Shown here: positions 10,079 through 18,894 of the stretch, one piece after another
How positions within the stretch are numbered: position 1 is the stretch's first letter
Layout of the letters: each line of letters begins with the position of its first letter
Assembly (NCBI GenBank): GCA_038224325.1
Contig: JBBRFL010000016.1
Location: 3,076 to 67,075, forward strand
Direction: 5' to 3'
Source: Thermoanaerobaculia bacterium
GTDB lineage: Bacteria > Acidobacteriota > Thermoanaerobaculia > UBA5066 > Gp7-AA6
Length of the DNA: 64,000 bases
The notes under the pieces: generated by a model
Databases searched by the model: none
What the model saw: the letters and a program-made list of their open reading frames with translations, nothing else
What the model was told of the DNA's origin: nothing
Program-made: the position numbers and the translations under genes

Positions 10079-10378
10079 CTAGTCCGTCGCGTACGGCAGG
10101 AGCGCGATCGAGCGAGCCCGCTTGATCGCCGTCTGCAGCTTGCGTTGGTGGAGGGCGCACGTTCCGGAGATCCGCCGCGGAAGGATCTTGCCGCGCTCGG
10201 GAATGAATCCCTGCAGCATCTTCACGTCCTTCCAGTCGATGTGCTCGATCTTCTCCGCGCAGAACTTGCAGACCTTGCGGCGGCGGACGAAGAATTTCTT
10301 CCGAGGACCGCCCTTCCCGTCCTTGCTCGCCGCGGCGCCGCGCGCGCCGGTGCGTCCCGATCCGCCTCCCATCCTCAT
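10079..10378 (-). CDS. rpsR: 30S ribosomal protein S18
   Basis: [15 protein letters not shown] and [31 protein letters not shown] overlap with rpsF. Confidence 0.9.
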   Translation of the reverse strand: MRMGGGSGRTGARGAAASKDGKGGPRKKFFVRRRKVCKFCAEKIEHIDWKDVKMLQGFIPERGKILPRRISGTCALHQRKLQTAIKRARSIALLPYATD

Positions 10379-10797
10379 GGCTCGGAGCTCCTTTCCGTCG
10401 CGGCTGCGGGAGCCGGCGCGGACGCCTCGGCGGGCTGGGCCGGCGGACGCGGCGGTCGGCGAACCGCCTTGATCTTCAGGCGCTCGGCCATCTTCGCGGC
10501 CCGCTTGAGCTCTTCATCCACGCGCACCGCGAGGTGCCGGAGCACCTGGTCGGAGAGCCCCATGCGCCGCTCGGCCTCGGCCACCGCGGCCGGTGGCGCC
10601 TCGACCTGCCAGTACACGTAGTGGGCTTCGCGTTTGCGCAGGATCGGGAAGGCGAGTCGCCGCTTGCCCCACGGCTCTTCCTTGACGACGTTCGCGCCGC
10701 CGTCCACCAGGATCTTCTTGTATTCGCCCGCGACCTTCGCGGCGTCTTCGTCGCTCAGGTCCGGAGTGACCAGAACGACGATGTCGTACAGCCTCAT
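10375..10797 (-). CDS. rpsF: 30S ribosomal protein S6
   Basis: [30 protein letters not shown]...; GGAGGA Shine-Dalgarno 6 nt upstream. Start trimmed to ATG at 10795-10797. Confidence 0.88.
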   Translation of the reverse strand: MRLYDIVVLVTPDLSDEDAAKVAGEYKKILVDGGANVVKEEPWGKRRLAFPILRKREAHYVYWQVEAPPAAVAEAERRMGLSDQVLRHLAVRVDEELKRAAKMAERLKIKAVRRPPRPPAQPAEASAPAPAAATERSSEP

Positions 10798-10816
10798 GAT
10801 GTCCTCCTCATGGATA

Positions 10817-11416
10817 TCAATCCGGATCGAGGCGGTCCGGAGAGGAAGGTTGAACATTCGCACGCCGCATCGCGGCGTCGATTCCGTGCGTCAGCCAGAG
10901 CCGGAGCGCCTCGACGGCGCGCCCCACGCTCTCTTCGAATGTCTCTCGCTCGGCCTTCGCGAAGGGCTCGAGGACGTAGTCCGCGAGGTCCCGCTCGCGC
11001 GAGTACCGCTCGCCGCGGATTCCCACCCTCAGGCGTGGAAAGTCCGTGGTAGCGAGATGGCCCGTCACCGATCGGAGGCCCTTCTGGCCTCCCGCAGATC
11101 CCCGCGCGCGCAGCCGAAGGATGCCGAGCGGGAGATCGATGTCGTCCACGACGACACAGAGCCCCGATGGTTCGACGCCATGTTTCTGGCAAAGAGCCCG
11201 AACCGCCTCACCCGAGGCGTTCATGAAAGTCTGCGGAAGAGCCAGGAGCACCGGGGTCTCTCCCACCCTTCCCCGACCGACTCGCGAGGAGCACTCGCGC
11301 GACCGGATCCGGATTCCCTCCTCGGCCGCCAGCGCCTCGACGATGCGGAACCCGGCGTTGTGACGGGTGCCGTCGTACTCGCCCCCCGGATTCCCGAGGC
11401 CGACGATGGCGTGCAG
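10817..11416 (-). CDS. pth: Peptidyl-tRNA hydrolase. There is no canonical start codon; CTG or ATC are candidates.
   Basis: My own translation of the frame upstream of the track ORF gives [36 protein letters not shown]...[17 protein letters not shown], the conserved Pth N-terminus with the catalytic His. The frame is open from the rplY TAG (11420-11422) with no ATG, GTG or TTG before GTG at 11266. The 5' coordinate is therefore provisional. Confidence 0.75.
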   Translation of the reverse strand: [199 protein letters not shown]

Positions 11417-11419
11417 AGG

Positions 11420-12127
11420 CTACTTCTCCTTTTCCTTCTCCTTCTTGCCGTCCTTGCCCTCTTCCGCGGCCTCGTCCTCGGATACCGCCTTGCCCTTCTT
11501 CAGCACCTCGGGCTCGGCCGTCTCGGCGGCGCCCTCGACCGCCTCGACGACGGGCTCCTCCTCGCGCGTCGGATGCGCGACGTGGAGGACCACCTTCTCG
11601 GGATTGTCGACGATGCGCACGCCCTCCATCGCGGGAAGCTCGGCGATGCGGATCGCATCCCCGATCGACAGCTCCGTCACGTCCACGGCGATGTGCGCCG
11701 GGATGTCCGCGGGAAGGCACTCGATCTCGATCTCGCGGGTGACGACGTCCAGGATCCCCCCGTCGGTCTTCACGCCCTTCGCGATCCCGACGACCTCGAC
11801 GGGCACACGGACCGTTACCCTGACGTCCATCAGGACGCGCACGAAGTCGATGTGGAGCGGCTTGCGGGAGACGGGGTCGCGCTGGAGCTCGCGGATCATC
11901 GCGTGACGGCTCTGGTCCGAGCCAGCCAGCTTGAGCAGGAAGATGGCGTTCTCGCCCGCGCCCTCGCGAAAAAGATCGGCGAGCGCCTTGCGGTCGAGCG
12001 AGATCGGGACGTTGGGCTTGCCGGCCCCGTAGACGACGGCCGGGATCCGTCCGCCCGCGCGGCTTCGCCGAGCCTCGTTCTTCCCGATCGTCGAGCGCTT
12101 CTCGACGGACAACTCGATGGTCTTCAT
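11420..12127 (-). CDS. rplY: 50S ribosomal protein L25/general stress protein Ctc
   Basis: MKTIELSVEKRSTIGKNEARRSRAGGRIPAVVYG... with a C-terminal K/E-rich tail. Confidence 0.85.
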   Translation of the reverse strand: MKTIELSVEKRSTIGKNEARRSRAGGRIPAVVYGAGKPNVPISLDRKALADLFREGAGENAIFLLKLAGSDQSRHAMIRELQRDPVSRKPLHIDFVRVLMDVRVTVRVPVEVVGIAKGVKTDGGILDVVTREIEIECLPADIPAHIAVDVTELSIGDAIRIAELPAMEGVRIVDNPEKVVLHVAHPTREEEPVVEAVEGAAETAEPEVLKKGKAVSEDEAAEEGKDGKKEKEKEK

Positions 12128-12166
12128 GGCCTTCCCCGCGCGGGGTTCCGCGCAAAGAGGCGGATT

Positions 12167-13126
12167 CTACACAAAAAGCGAGGAAACGGAAGCCCCATCG
12201 TGGATCCGCTGGATCGCCTCGCCCAGCAGAGCCGCCACGGAGAGGGCCCGGATCCGGGCGCAGCGGGCCATCGCGGCCTCCACGGGAATCGTGTTGGTGA
12301 CGAGCAGCCGCTCGAGCTTCGAGCCCTCGATGCGGTCCAGGGCGGGTCCTGAGAAGACGCCGTGCACGGCGGCCGCGAAGGTGCGCCGCGCCCCCTGCCC
12401 CCGCAGGGCCTCCTCGGCCTGGGTCAGGGTGCCGGCCGTGTCGATCATGTCGTCCAGAATCAGGGCGTCCTTCCCCTCGACCTCGCCGACGACGTTCAAG
12501 ATCTCGGTCTCGTTCTTCCCCGTGCGCCGCTTGTCGATGACCGCCAGCGAGGCGTCGAGGCGTTTGGCGATCGCCCGCGCGCGCGTCAACCCGCCCACGT
12601 CGGGCGAGACGATGACGAGGTCGTCGAGGTTGAGCTTCCGGATCGCGTCGAGGAGCACCGGGGCCGCGAACAGGTGATCGACCGGGATGTTGAAGAACCC
12701 CTGGATCTGGGCCGCGTGGAGATCCATCGTCAGGATCCGATCCGCGCCGGAGGCCGTCAGCAGGTCCGCCATGAGCTTGGCCGCGATCGGCACGCGGGGC
12801 TTGTCCTTCTTGTCCTGTCTCGCGTAGCCGAAGTACGGGAGGACAGCGGTGATCCGGGACGCCGACGACCGACGGAACGCGTCGAGCAGGATGAGCAACT
12901 CCATGACGTGGTCGTTGACGGGAGAGCACGTGGGCTGGACGACGAAGACGTCGGCGCCACGCACGTTCTCGTCGATCTGGCAGTAGTCCTCGCCGTCGGA
13001 GAAGTTGTAAAGGGTCAGCGCGCCGAGTGAGATGCCCAGATACGCGCAGATCTCCTGCGCGAGCGCCGGGTGCGCGCGGCCCGAGAAGATCTTGAGGTCA
13101 CCGTAGTTGAACGCGTGGCTCGTCAA
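12167..13126 (-). CDS. prs: Ribose-phosphate pyrophosphokinase (PRPP synthetase)
   Basis: DLHAAQIQGFF, VVSPDVGG and LILDDMIDTAGT motifs. Confidence 0.92.
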   Translation of the reverse strand: MTSHAFNYGDLKIFSGRAHPALAQEICAYLGISLGALTLYNFSDGEDYCQIDENVRGADVFVVQPTCSPVNDHVMELLILLDAFRRSSASRITAVLPYFGYARQDKKDKPRVPIAAKLMADLLTASGADRILTMDLHAAQIQGFFNIPVDHLFAAPVLLDAIRKLNLDDLVIVSPDVGGLTRARAIAKRLDASLAVIDKRRTGKNETEILNVVGEVEGKDALILDDMIDTAGTLTQAEEALRGQGARRTFAAAVHGVFSGPALDRIEGSKLERLLVTNTIPVEAAMARCARIRALSVAALLGEAIQRIHDGASVSSLFV

Positions 13127-13254
13127 GCGATCCGGATTCTAACCGCGAATCGGGGGCCCGAGGAGGCGGACGAAGAAATGGCTCAGAGGGAGGCGAGGCA
13201 GCCCTTCTCCCTCGCCACCGTCGGTCTCAGCGGGCGGGCTGCAGTCCCGACAAC

Positions 13255-13553
13255 ATGGTGACGAATCCAAACGGCGCCCTGCCCGTGATCACCCAGATCC
13301 AGGTTAACCCGACGCATTCCGCCAGCGTGCTGATCATCGCAGGGATGAACTTCGAGCAGACGGCGACGTTCGATCTTCGGCAGGGCGGCGCGGCGAAGGC
13401 TGCTGACGCAGAGGATCCTGGCGACCGGCACGCCTGCGACCGGGATTCAGTTCGAAGCGACGATCCCGGTGGGCACCGCCCCCGGGAGCGCCACGACGAA
13501 CGCGGGTACGGGCTGCGGGCGGGTCCTCGTCAAAGTGTTCTAGGGGCCCGACG
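13255..13553 (+). pseudogene. Possible frameshifted IPT/TIG (Ig-like) domain gene remnant next to the tRNA-Gln 3' end
   Basis: Frame 1 reads MVTNPNGALPVITQIQVNPTHSASVLIIAGMNFEQTATFDLRQGG. A +1 frame continues LLTQRILATGTPATGIQFEATIPVGTAPGSATTNAGTGCGRVLVKVF to a stop. Together they resemble the TIG consensus P.I..I.P..G...GGT.V.I.G.NF...V.FG.... Confidence 0.2.
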
Positions 13554-13575
13554 GGTGCGCCGCCGCACGGTTGGC

Positions 13576-13648
13576 TGGGGCGCTAGGACTCGAACCTAGA
13601 AATGCCGGCTCCAAAGGCCGGTGCCTTACCAATTTGGCGACGCCCCAA
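13576..13648 (-). tRNA. tRNA-Gln (anticodon UUG)
   Basis: The reverse complement folds as a cloverleaf: acceptor UGGGGCG/CGCCCCA, anticodon stem CCGGC/GCCGG with loop CUUUGGA, T-arm GGTTCGAGTCC. Near-identical to E. coli tRNA-Gln. CCA is not encoded. Confidence 0.85.
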
Positions 13649-13660
13649 GCTCCGGAGATT

Positions 13661-13978
13661 TTACCCCGCCGCTCGCGAGGTCTCCGCGCCGGCCTGGGCC
13701 GAGGCCACCGCCTCCCCGGGGTCGTTCACCCGGGCGCGCTCGTACTCCTCCAGGATCCGCCGTTCCATCAGCTCCCGGGTCTCGCGGTTGAGGGGATGGG
13801 CGACGTCCTTGAACTCCCCGTTCTTCTTGCGCTTCGAGGGCATGGAGATGAAAAGACCGTTGGGGCCCTGGATGACCTTCAGGTCCGAGACCAGGAAGCA
13901 CTCGTCGAGCACGATAGACACGTAGGCCTTCAGCTTCTCCTCCGAGACGGGAAACACCTTCACCTGCGTGATGTTCAT
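13661..13978 (-). CDS. spoVG: SpoVG family protein
   Basis: MNITQVKVFPVSEEKLKAYVSIVLDECFLVSDLKVIQGPNGLFISMPSKRKKNGEFKDVAHPLN; GGAGGAG SD. ATGA overlap with ispE. Confidence 0.85.
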   Translation of the reverse strand: MNITQVKVFPVSEEKLKAYVSIVLDECFLVSDLKVIQGPNGLFISMPSKRKKNGEFKDVAHPLNRETRELMERRILEEYERARVNDPGEAVASAQAGAETSRAAG

Positions 13979-14829
13979 GAGACTCCTCCCGGATCGATGC
14001 GGTGTTGGAATTCTCGGCGGCCGAGGGTGAGGCATCGGAAGATTCGCGCCTCGGGATGACGCGCCCCGATCGCCATGGAGGCCTCCGCGTTCACGCCGTG
14101 AAGGACGATCGCGGATCCGGATCCACTGATCGCGTAGTCGAGCGTGGCTCGTTCGACGGTTCGGAGGTAGGCATCCATCCTCGGTTCCACACCTAGCACG
14201 GCGGATGCCAAATCGTTCGGGCCCAGGTATCGGACCGAATCTTCCTCGATCGCGAGGCGCTCCGGGAGCCGACCGCGACCCGCAAACGCGCGGTAGACCG
14301 CAGCGGTGGAGATCGAGAAGGGCGGGACGAGAAGGACGAGCTCGACTGCCGGGCCGTCCTCCCGGGGTGTCACGACTTCGCCCCGTCCGCTGACGTCGGC
14401 ATCGCCGCCTGTCAGGAAGAAGGGGACGTCGCTTCCGAGCTCCGCCGCGAGCCCGGCAAGGGACGACTCGTCCTCGTCGAGCGACCAGAATCGCGCCAGG
14501 AGCCTCAGAGTCGCCGCTGCGTCGGCGCTGCCGCCCCCGAGCCCGGCTCCCGCCGGGACCCTCTTCTCGAGCCGCAACCGCACGTGGGGCGGCCTTCCCG
14601 CGTGCTTCGCGAGACGCCGCGCCGCGCGTACGACCAGGTTGTCCTCGCCCGCGGGAAGGCTCGGGTCGTCGCACGAGAGCTCCATAGCGTCCGCCGGCTC
14701 GACTGTCAGCCGGTCCGCGAGGTCGATGGAGGCCATCCGCGATCGGATCTCGTGATATCCGTCGGGCCGCAGCCCGCCCACGCGCAGCTCGCGGTTGATC
14801 TTCGCGGGAGCCAGGCAGGTCAGGCTCAT
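13975..14829 (-). CDS. ispE: 4-diphosphocytidyl-2-C-methyl-D-erythritol kinase
   Basis: APAKINRELRVGGLRPDGYHEI and GHMP-kinase motif PAGAGLGGGSADAAA. Start trimmed to MSLTCLAPAKIN. Confidence 0.88.
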   Translation of the reverse strand: MSLTCLAPAKINRELRVGGLRPDGYHEIRSRMASIDLADRLTVEPADAMELSCDDPSLPAGEDNLVVRAARRLAKHAGRPPHVRLRLEKRVPAGAGLGGGSADAAATLRLLARFWSLDEDESSLAGLAAELGSDVPFFLTGGDADVSGRGEVVTPREDGPAVELVLLVPPFSISTAAVYRAFAGRGRLPERLAIEEDSVRYLGPNDLASAVLGVEPRMDAYLRTVERATLDYAISGSGSAIVLHGVNAEASMAIGARHPEARIFRCLTLGRREFQHRIDPGGVS

Positions 14830-15497
14830 CGGCCGGGCGCCGGTTTCGCCGCGCCCGATTCCACCCCGAGGAGATCCAGCTTCAGGCTTCGGCCGGACCG
14901 GGCCTCCTTCAAGGCGATTTGTTGCGGCCACGTCTCGATCGCGCCCGAATACGACGCGGCCAGGTCGCCTCCGTTGGCGCGGATCCGGAGAGACCGGAGC
15001 CGCCGTGCCTTCACGTCGAGCACCGCCTCGACGGGATAGGGAGTCTCCCAGATCAGGAGGCATTCGCCCCCGTCGCACCCCCCTACGGCGCCGGGGGCTC
15101 CCGGCCAAACTGCCGCCAGTACGGAGCGCAGCGCGTCGGGGTCGACCACGAAGGCCCGCTGGTCCTGGCCCTTCACCCATCCCTCCGCGTAGTCCGCGAT
15201 GCGCGATCCGAAGGGCCCGGTGAGGGACGCGGAGAGGACGCGTTGCCCGTCGTAGCTGACCGCGAGGGTGCCGGAAACCGACGGCATGGCCCGCGAGCTC
15301 ATGTGGGCGTCGTAGAGCAGGCGCGAGGCGGGAAGGCGGGAGGCGCGTTCCTGCGCGGCGCCCCACGCGTCCAGCGCCTCTCGAACATCCTGCGGGCTCG
15401 CGGGCGGAAAGTAGCGAACGGCGCGAGGGCCTGCGCAGGAGGCGAGAATCAGGAGGAGCGGAAGGGCGGCGAGGGATCGGAGGAGACGGACGCTCAA
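14826..15497 (-). CDS. LolB-like outer-membrane lipoprotein, inferred from the lipobox and the conserved position upstream of ispE. TTG start.
   Basis: TTG-initiated (M)SVRLLRSLAALPLLLILASC with lipobox LASC. The TTG overlaps the upstream TPR gene's stop (TTGA). The lolB-ispE-prs synteny is known from E. coli. Confidence 0.4.
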   Translation of the reverse strand: MSVRLLRSLAALPLLLILASCAGPRAVRYFPPASPQDVREALDAWGAAQERASRLPASRLLYDAHMSSRAMPSVSGTLAVSYDGQRVLSASLTGPFGSRIADYAEGWVKGQDQRAFVVDPDALRSVLAAVWPGAPGAVGGCDGGECLLIWETPYPVEAVLDVKARRLRSLRIRANGGDLAASYSGAIETWPQQIALKEARSGRSLKLDLLGVESGAAKPAPGR

Positions 15498-17398
15498 CGC
15501 TGCGTGAGCGGGGAACCCGCGCGCTTGAGCTTCTCGCGAACGCGCTCGGGCTCCTCGCTCTTGAGCTCGAGCGCCTTCGCCCAGTGCCGGACCGCGGAGT
15601 CCATCTTGCCGAGCTTCGCGTCGAGGTCGCCCATGTGCTCCTCGATCGTCGGGTCCGTCGGCTCCCGCCGGTATGCCTCGCGAAGATTCGTCTCGGCGCT
15701 GTCGAGCCGTCCGAGGCGGAAGTACGCCCACCCCAGGGAGTCCCGGAAGGCCGCGTTGCGCGGTTCCCTCGCCACCGCCTTCTCCAGCAACTCGCGCGCG
15801 CGATCCAGCTGGACTCCCTTGTCCGCCCACATGTATCCGAGGTAGTTGGCGGTGGCGGCGTCGTTGGGTCGAATGGCGAGGATTTCCAGGAACACCTTCT
15901 CCGCCTCGGCCGCGGAACCGGCCCGCTCGAGGCTCGAGGCGAGACGGAAGAGCGCGTCGGTGTTCTCGGGGAAGCGGCGCGACGTCTCGCGGGCGATGCG
16001 GGCGGCGGCGGCGAAATTCTTGAGCCGGGCGTACGCGTCGGCCGCCGCGTTCATCGAGTCGGCGTCCGGGGCCGAACCGAGCTCGTCGAGCTTCGCCTCG
16101 GCCCCCTTCCTGTCGCCCGTGCGGAACTGAAACTCGGCCGCCGCGGCCGCCCACTCGGGATCCCGGGGCTCCACCGCGGACAGCGCCTTCGACCGTTCCC
16201 GCCCGTCCGCGAAGTCTTCGCCGTCGCGGTCCGCGGCGAGCAGGATGCGGGCCGCGCGGGGATTCACCTTGCCCTGTGGCTGGGCCGCGGGGGCGAGGAT
16301 CCGCCGGGCCTCGGCCCAGTTCTTCTGGAGATACGCGATGAAGCCGAGCTCGACCGTCGCGGACTGGCGGATGTCGGCTCGGTGCGGATCGTCCCCGGCT
16401 CTCTGGATCATGTCCTGGTACATGGTCCGCGCCTCGTCGAACCTCCGCTCGCGGGTCAGCTCGGAGGCGAGCGCCCGGCGCGAGGCCGAATCGTCCGGAT
16501 CCGCCTCGATCAGAGCGCGCAGCAGCTTCTCCCCCTGGGCGGTGTCCGAACGCTCGAAGAGAACCGTCGAGAGCAGCCGCTTGGCGGAGGGGTTCTCGGG
16601 ACGCTGCGCGATGAGATCCCGCGCGCGCTTCTCCGCGTCGACGAAGCGCCCGGCCCGCGCCAGGTCGAGGACGATGCGCTCCCCGATCGCGCCGTTGGAC
16701 GGGTCCCGCTGCGCGAGCTGCTCGAGAAGCGCGAGCGCCTCGTCCATCTTGTCCTGCTCCTCGTAGAGGTCCACGAGCGCCGCCGCGATCTCGCGGTCCG
16801 CCGGGTCGGCCTCGTGGAGCGAGCGATAGAGCCCCTCGGCTTCCTTCCATCGGCCGCTCCGCGATTTCGCTTCGGCCGTGAGCCGCTGGATCGCGGGCTG
16901 GCCCGCGAGCTCCGGCAGGTCGTCCATGACCGCCGCCGCCTCCGCGGAGCGATCGGCGACCAGAAGCGCCCGGGCCAGGCTCACCGCCGTGCCGACGTCC
17001 GATGGAGAGAGTCGCCGGGCGATCGTGAGCTGCTCAATCGCCGCCGGCAGCCGCGTCGGGTCCTTCTCCGCCGCCGCGAGCTCGAGCGAGCCGAGCAGGC
17101 GACGGGCCTCCGAGAGTTTGGGGTCCAGGGCGACCGCCTTGCGGGCCTCGGCCGTCGCCTCTTCGACGACGTTCAAGTCGCGCAGCAGCTGGGCGTACTC
17201 CAGGTGCACGACCGGGTCCGACGGAAGCTTGAGCAGGACCTTGCGGTAGAGACCCAGCGCCACCTGGAACTGCCCGTCGGCAACCGCCCCGCGGGCCGCG
17301 AGGAAGGCTTTCCGACTCTCCAGGAGATCGTCCGCGGAGGCCGCGAGGGGGTGGAGAATGACGGCCAGGGACAGGACGAGGACAGCTCTCAGCGTCAC
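15494..17398 (-). CDS. Secreted tetratricopeptide-repeat (TPR) protein
   Basis: Signal peptide (M)TLRAVLVLSLAVILHPLAASA followed by many TPR-like helical repeats. Start taken as GTG at 17398; an upstream ATG at 17506 is an alternative. Confidence 0.55.
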   Translation of the reverse strand: MTLRAVLVLSLAVILHPLAASADDLLESRKAFLAARGAVADGQFQVALGLYRKVLLKLPSDPVVHLEYAQLLRDLNVVEEATAEARKAVALDPKLSEARRLLGSLELAAAEKDPTRLPAAIEQLTIARRLSPSDVGTAVSLARALLVADRSAEAAAVMDDLPELAGQPAIQRLTAEAKSRSGRWKEAEGLYRSLHEADPADREIAAALVDLYEEQDKMDEALALLEQLAQRDPSNGAIGERIVLDLARAGRFVDAEKRARDLIAQRPENPSAKRLLSTVLFERSDTAQGEKLLRALIEADPDDSASRRALASELTRERRFDEARTMYQDMIQRAGDDPHRADIRQSATVELGFIAYLQKNWAEARRILAPAAQPQGKVNPRAARILLAADRDGEDFADGRERSKALSAVEPRDPEWAAAAAEFQFRTGDRKGAEAKLDELGSAPDADSMNAAADAYARLKNFAAAARIARETSRRFPENTDALFRLASSLERAGSAAEAEKVFLEILAIRPNDAATANYLGYMWADKGVQLDRARELLEKAVAREPRNAAFRDSLGWAYFRLGRLDSAETNLREAYRREPTDPTIEEHMGDLDAKLGKMDSAVRHWAKALELKSEEPERVREKLKRAGSPLTQR

Positions 17399-17527
17399 CG
17401 CCGCAATGTAGCACGGCCCCCGCGGGCTCCGGACCGCGGCGGGACCTCGCGTCGCGGGAGGCCCGGGAAAGGCCTGCGGCCTGGAGCCGCGCACGCGATC
17501 CGCCATTACGCGATAATCAAAGAGCAC
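17399..17527. promoter_or_regulatory. Divergent intergenic region with a GATAAT -10-like element 10 nt upstream of the MshEN-A ATG
   Basis: cgcGATAATcaaagagcacATG (GATAAT at 17512-17517). The spacing suggests a leaderless or very short-leader transcript. Confidence 0.25.
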
Positions 17528-18874
17528 ATGCCGCGACTCGGCGTCCTACTCGTCAAGGCCGGCGCACTGACCGAGGAGAGCGTGAATCGCGCGCTCGCCA
17601 TCCAGGGCTTTGCGGGCGGTCGCATCGGCACGCTCCTGATCGAGCGGGGCTCGGCGTCCGAGGAGGACGTCGGAAAGGCGCTGGCCGAGCAGCACGACTG
17701 CGAGTACGTTCCGTGGGCCACGCTCGGCGCCGTGCCGCCGGAGGTCACGGCGGCGCTGCCGGCGAAATTCGCGATCCGGCATTCCGCGATTCCCGTCGAG
17801 CTCCAGGAGGGATTCCTCCGGATCGTCCTGCGCGATCCCGCAAACCTCCGGATTCTCGACGAGCTCTTCTTCGTCACGGGTAAGAAAATCGTGCCCGCGA
17901 CCGCTCCCGAGGTCCGCATCTACCAGGCCCTCGAGAAGTATTACGGCGAGCGTCGGACCCCCCGTTTCGCGATCCTGGCGGAAAAGATCTCCCGCCCGAC
18001 GCTGACGTCCGTGATCAAGAAGCCTCTCCCCCCGCCGCCGGACTTCTCGGCGCCGGTAACGTACATGCCGGGAGACTCGGTGCCGCGCGCCGACGCGGAT
18101 TCGGACGACGCCTACGCCACGCCGACCTGGAACATTCCCGACGAGCCTCCCGTCGGCTGGGGGGGATTCGCCCCGCCCGTCGAGGAGGGCGCCGAGCCCG
18201 AGCTCGAGTCGATCCCGTGGGAGGAGATGCCGTCGCAGCCGCTGTGGCGCTCCTCCCCCGAAGAAGCCCGCCAGAGGCCGTCGCCCGTTCGACCCGCGGG
18301 GGCGCCGAGGTCGCGGGAGAACGCGCCGCGGCGGACCGCGCCGTCCACGGAGGCGGCCCCGCCTCCCCCGCCGCAGCGGGCGGGGATCCCCTCCCCCGCG
18401 GACTTCGCCGCGATCCTCGCCGCCTCCGACCGGGACGCAATCTTCGAGGCAGCGCTTAGGGCGCTCGCGCGCCGGTTCCGCAAGAGCGCCGTATTCGCGG
18501 TGCGTCCGGACGGGGTCGCGGGCTGGGCCGGCCTCGGCGATGGCGTCCGGGACGGCGAGCTGAAGGCCCTCGCGATCCCCTGGTCCGAGCCATCCCTCTT
18601 TCTGAACGTCCGGATGAGCCGCTCCTTCTATCTCGGGCCCATGCCGACCCTGCCCCGACACAAGGACCTGGCCGCGGCGTTGGGAGGCTGGCCGTCGGAA
18701 TGCCTGCTCCAGCCCGTCCTGATGCGCGATCGGACCGTGGCCTTCTTCTACGTGGAGGGGTCCTCCGCGCATGGGGCGACCCCGACCGATCTGACGTACG
18801 TCCGGGAGCTGGCCGGGGCAGCCGCCGCAGCGCTGGCCGCGTCCATCCGCTTGAAGAAGAAGCAGGTTATATAA
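17528..18874 (+). CDS. MshEN/T2SS-E N-terminal (GspE_N) domain protein A. It has tandem 24-aa c-di-GMP-binding motifs, a Pro-rich disordered linker and an uncharacterised C-terminal domain.
   Basis: N-terminus RLGVLLVKAGALTEESVNRALAIQ-GFAGG-RIGTLLIERGSASEEDVGKALAEQ fits RLGxxLVxxGxLxxxxLxxxLxxQ twice with a 5-aa spacer. The remainder of the T2SSE_N fold follows (LPAKFAIRHSAIPVELQEGFLRIVLRDPANLRILDELFFVTGKKIV...IYQALEKYYG). The C-terminal roughly 150 aa is paralogous to protein B. Confidence 0.65.
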   Translation: MPRLGVLLVKAGALTEESVNRALAIQGFAGGRIGTLLIERGSASEEDVGKALAEQHDCEYVPWATLGAVPPEVTAALPAKFAIRHSAIPVELQEGFLRIVLRDPANLRILDELFFVTGKKIVPATAPEVRIYQALEKYYGERRTPRFAILAEKISRPTLTSVIKKPLPPPPDFSAPVTYMPGDSVPRADADSDDAYATPTWNIPDEPPVGWGGFAPPVEEGAEPELESIPWEEMPSQPLWRSSPEEARQRPSPVRPAGAPRSRENAPRRTAPSTEAAPPPPPQRAGIPSPADFAAILAASDRDAIFEAALRALARRFRKSAVFAVRPDGVAGWAGLGDGVRDGELKALAIPWSEPSLFLNVRMSRSFYLGPMPTLPRHKDLAAALGGWPSECLLQPVLMRDRTVAFFYVEGSSAHGATPTDLTYVRELAGAAAAALAASIRLKKKQVI

Positions 18875-18894
18875 TCCATGACCCCGGAGGATTC

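Noticed and set aside
11208-12929. 573-aa minus-strand ORF overlapping rplY and prs in another frame
   Set aside because: Gly/Arg-rich nonsense translation. The region is fully explained by rplY and prs.
15584-18874. 1096-aa plus-strand ORF
   Set aside because: Only the last 448 aa (from ATG 17528) is real, as MshEN protein A. The upstream 650 aa is antisense to the TPR gene and is low complexity.
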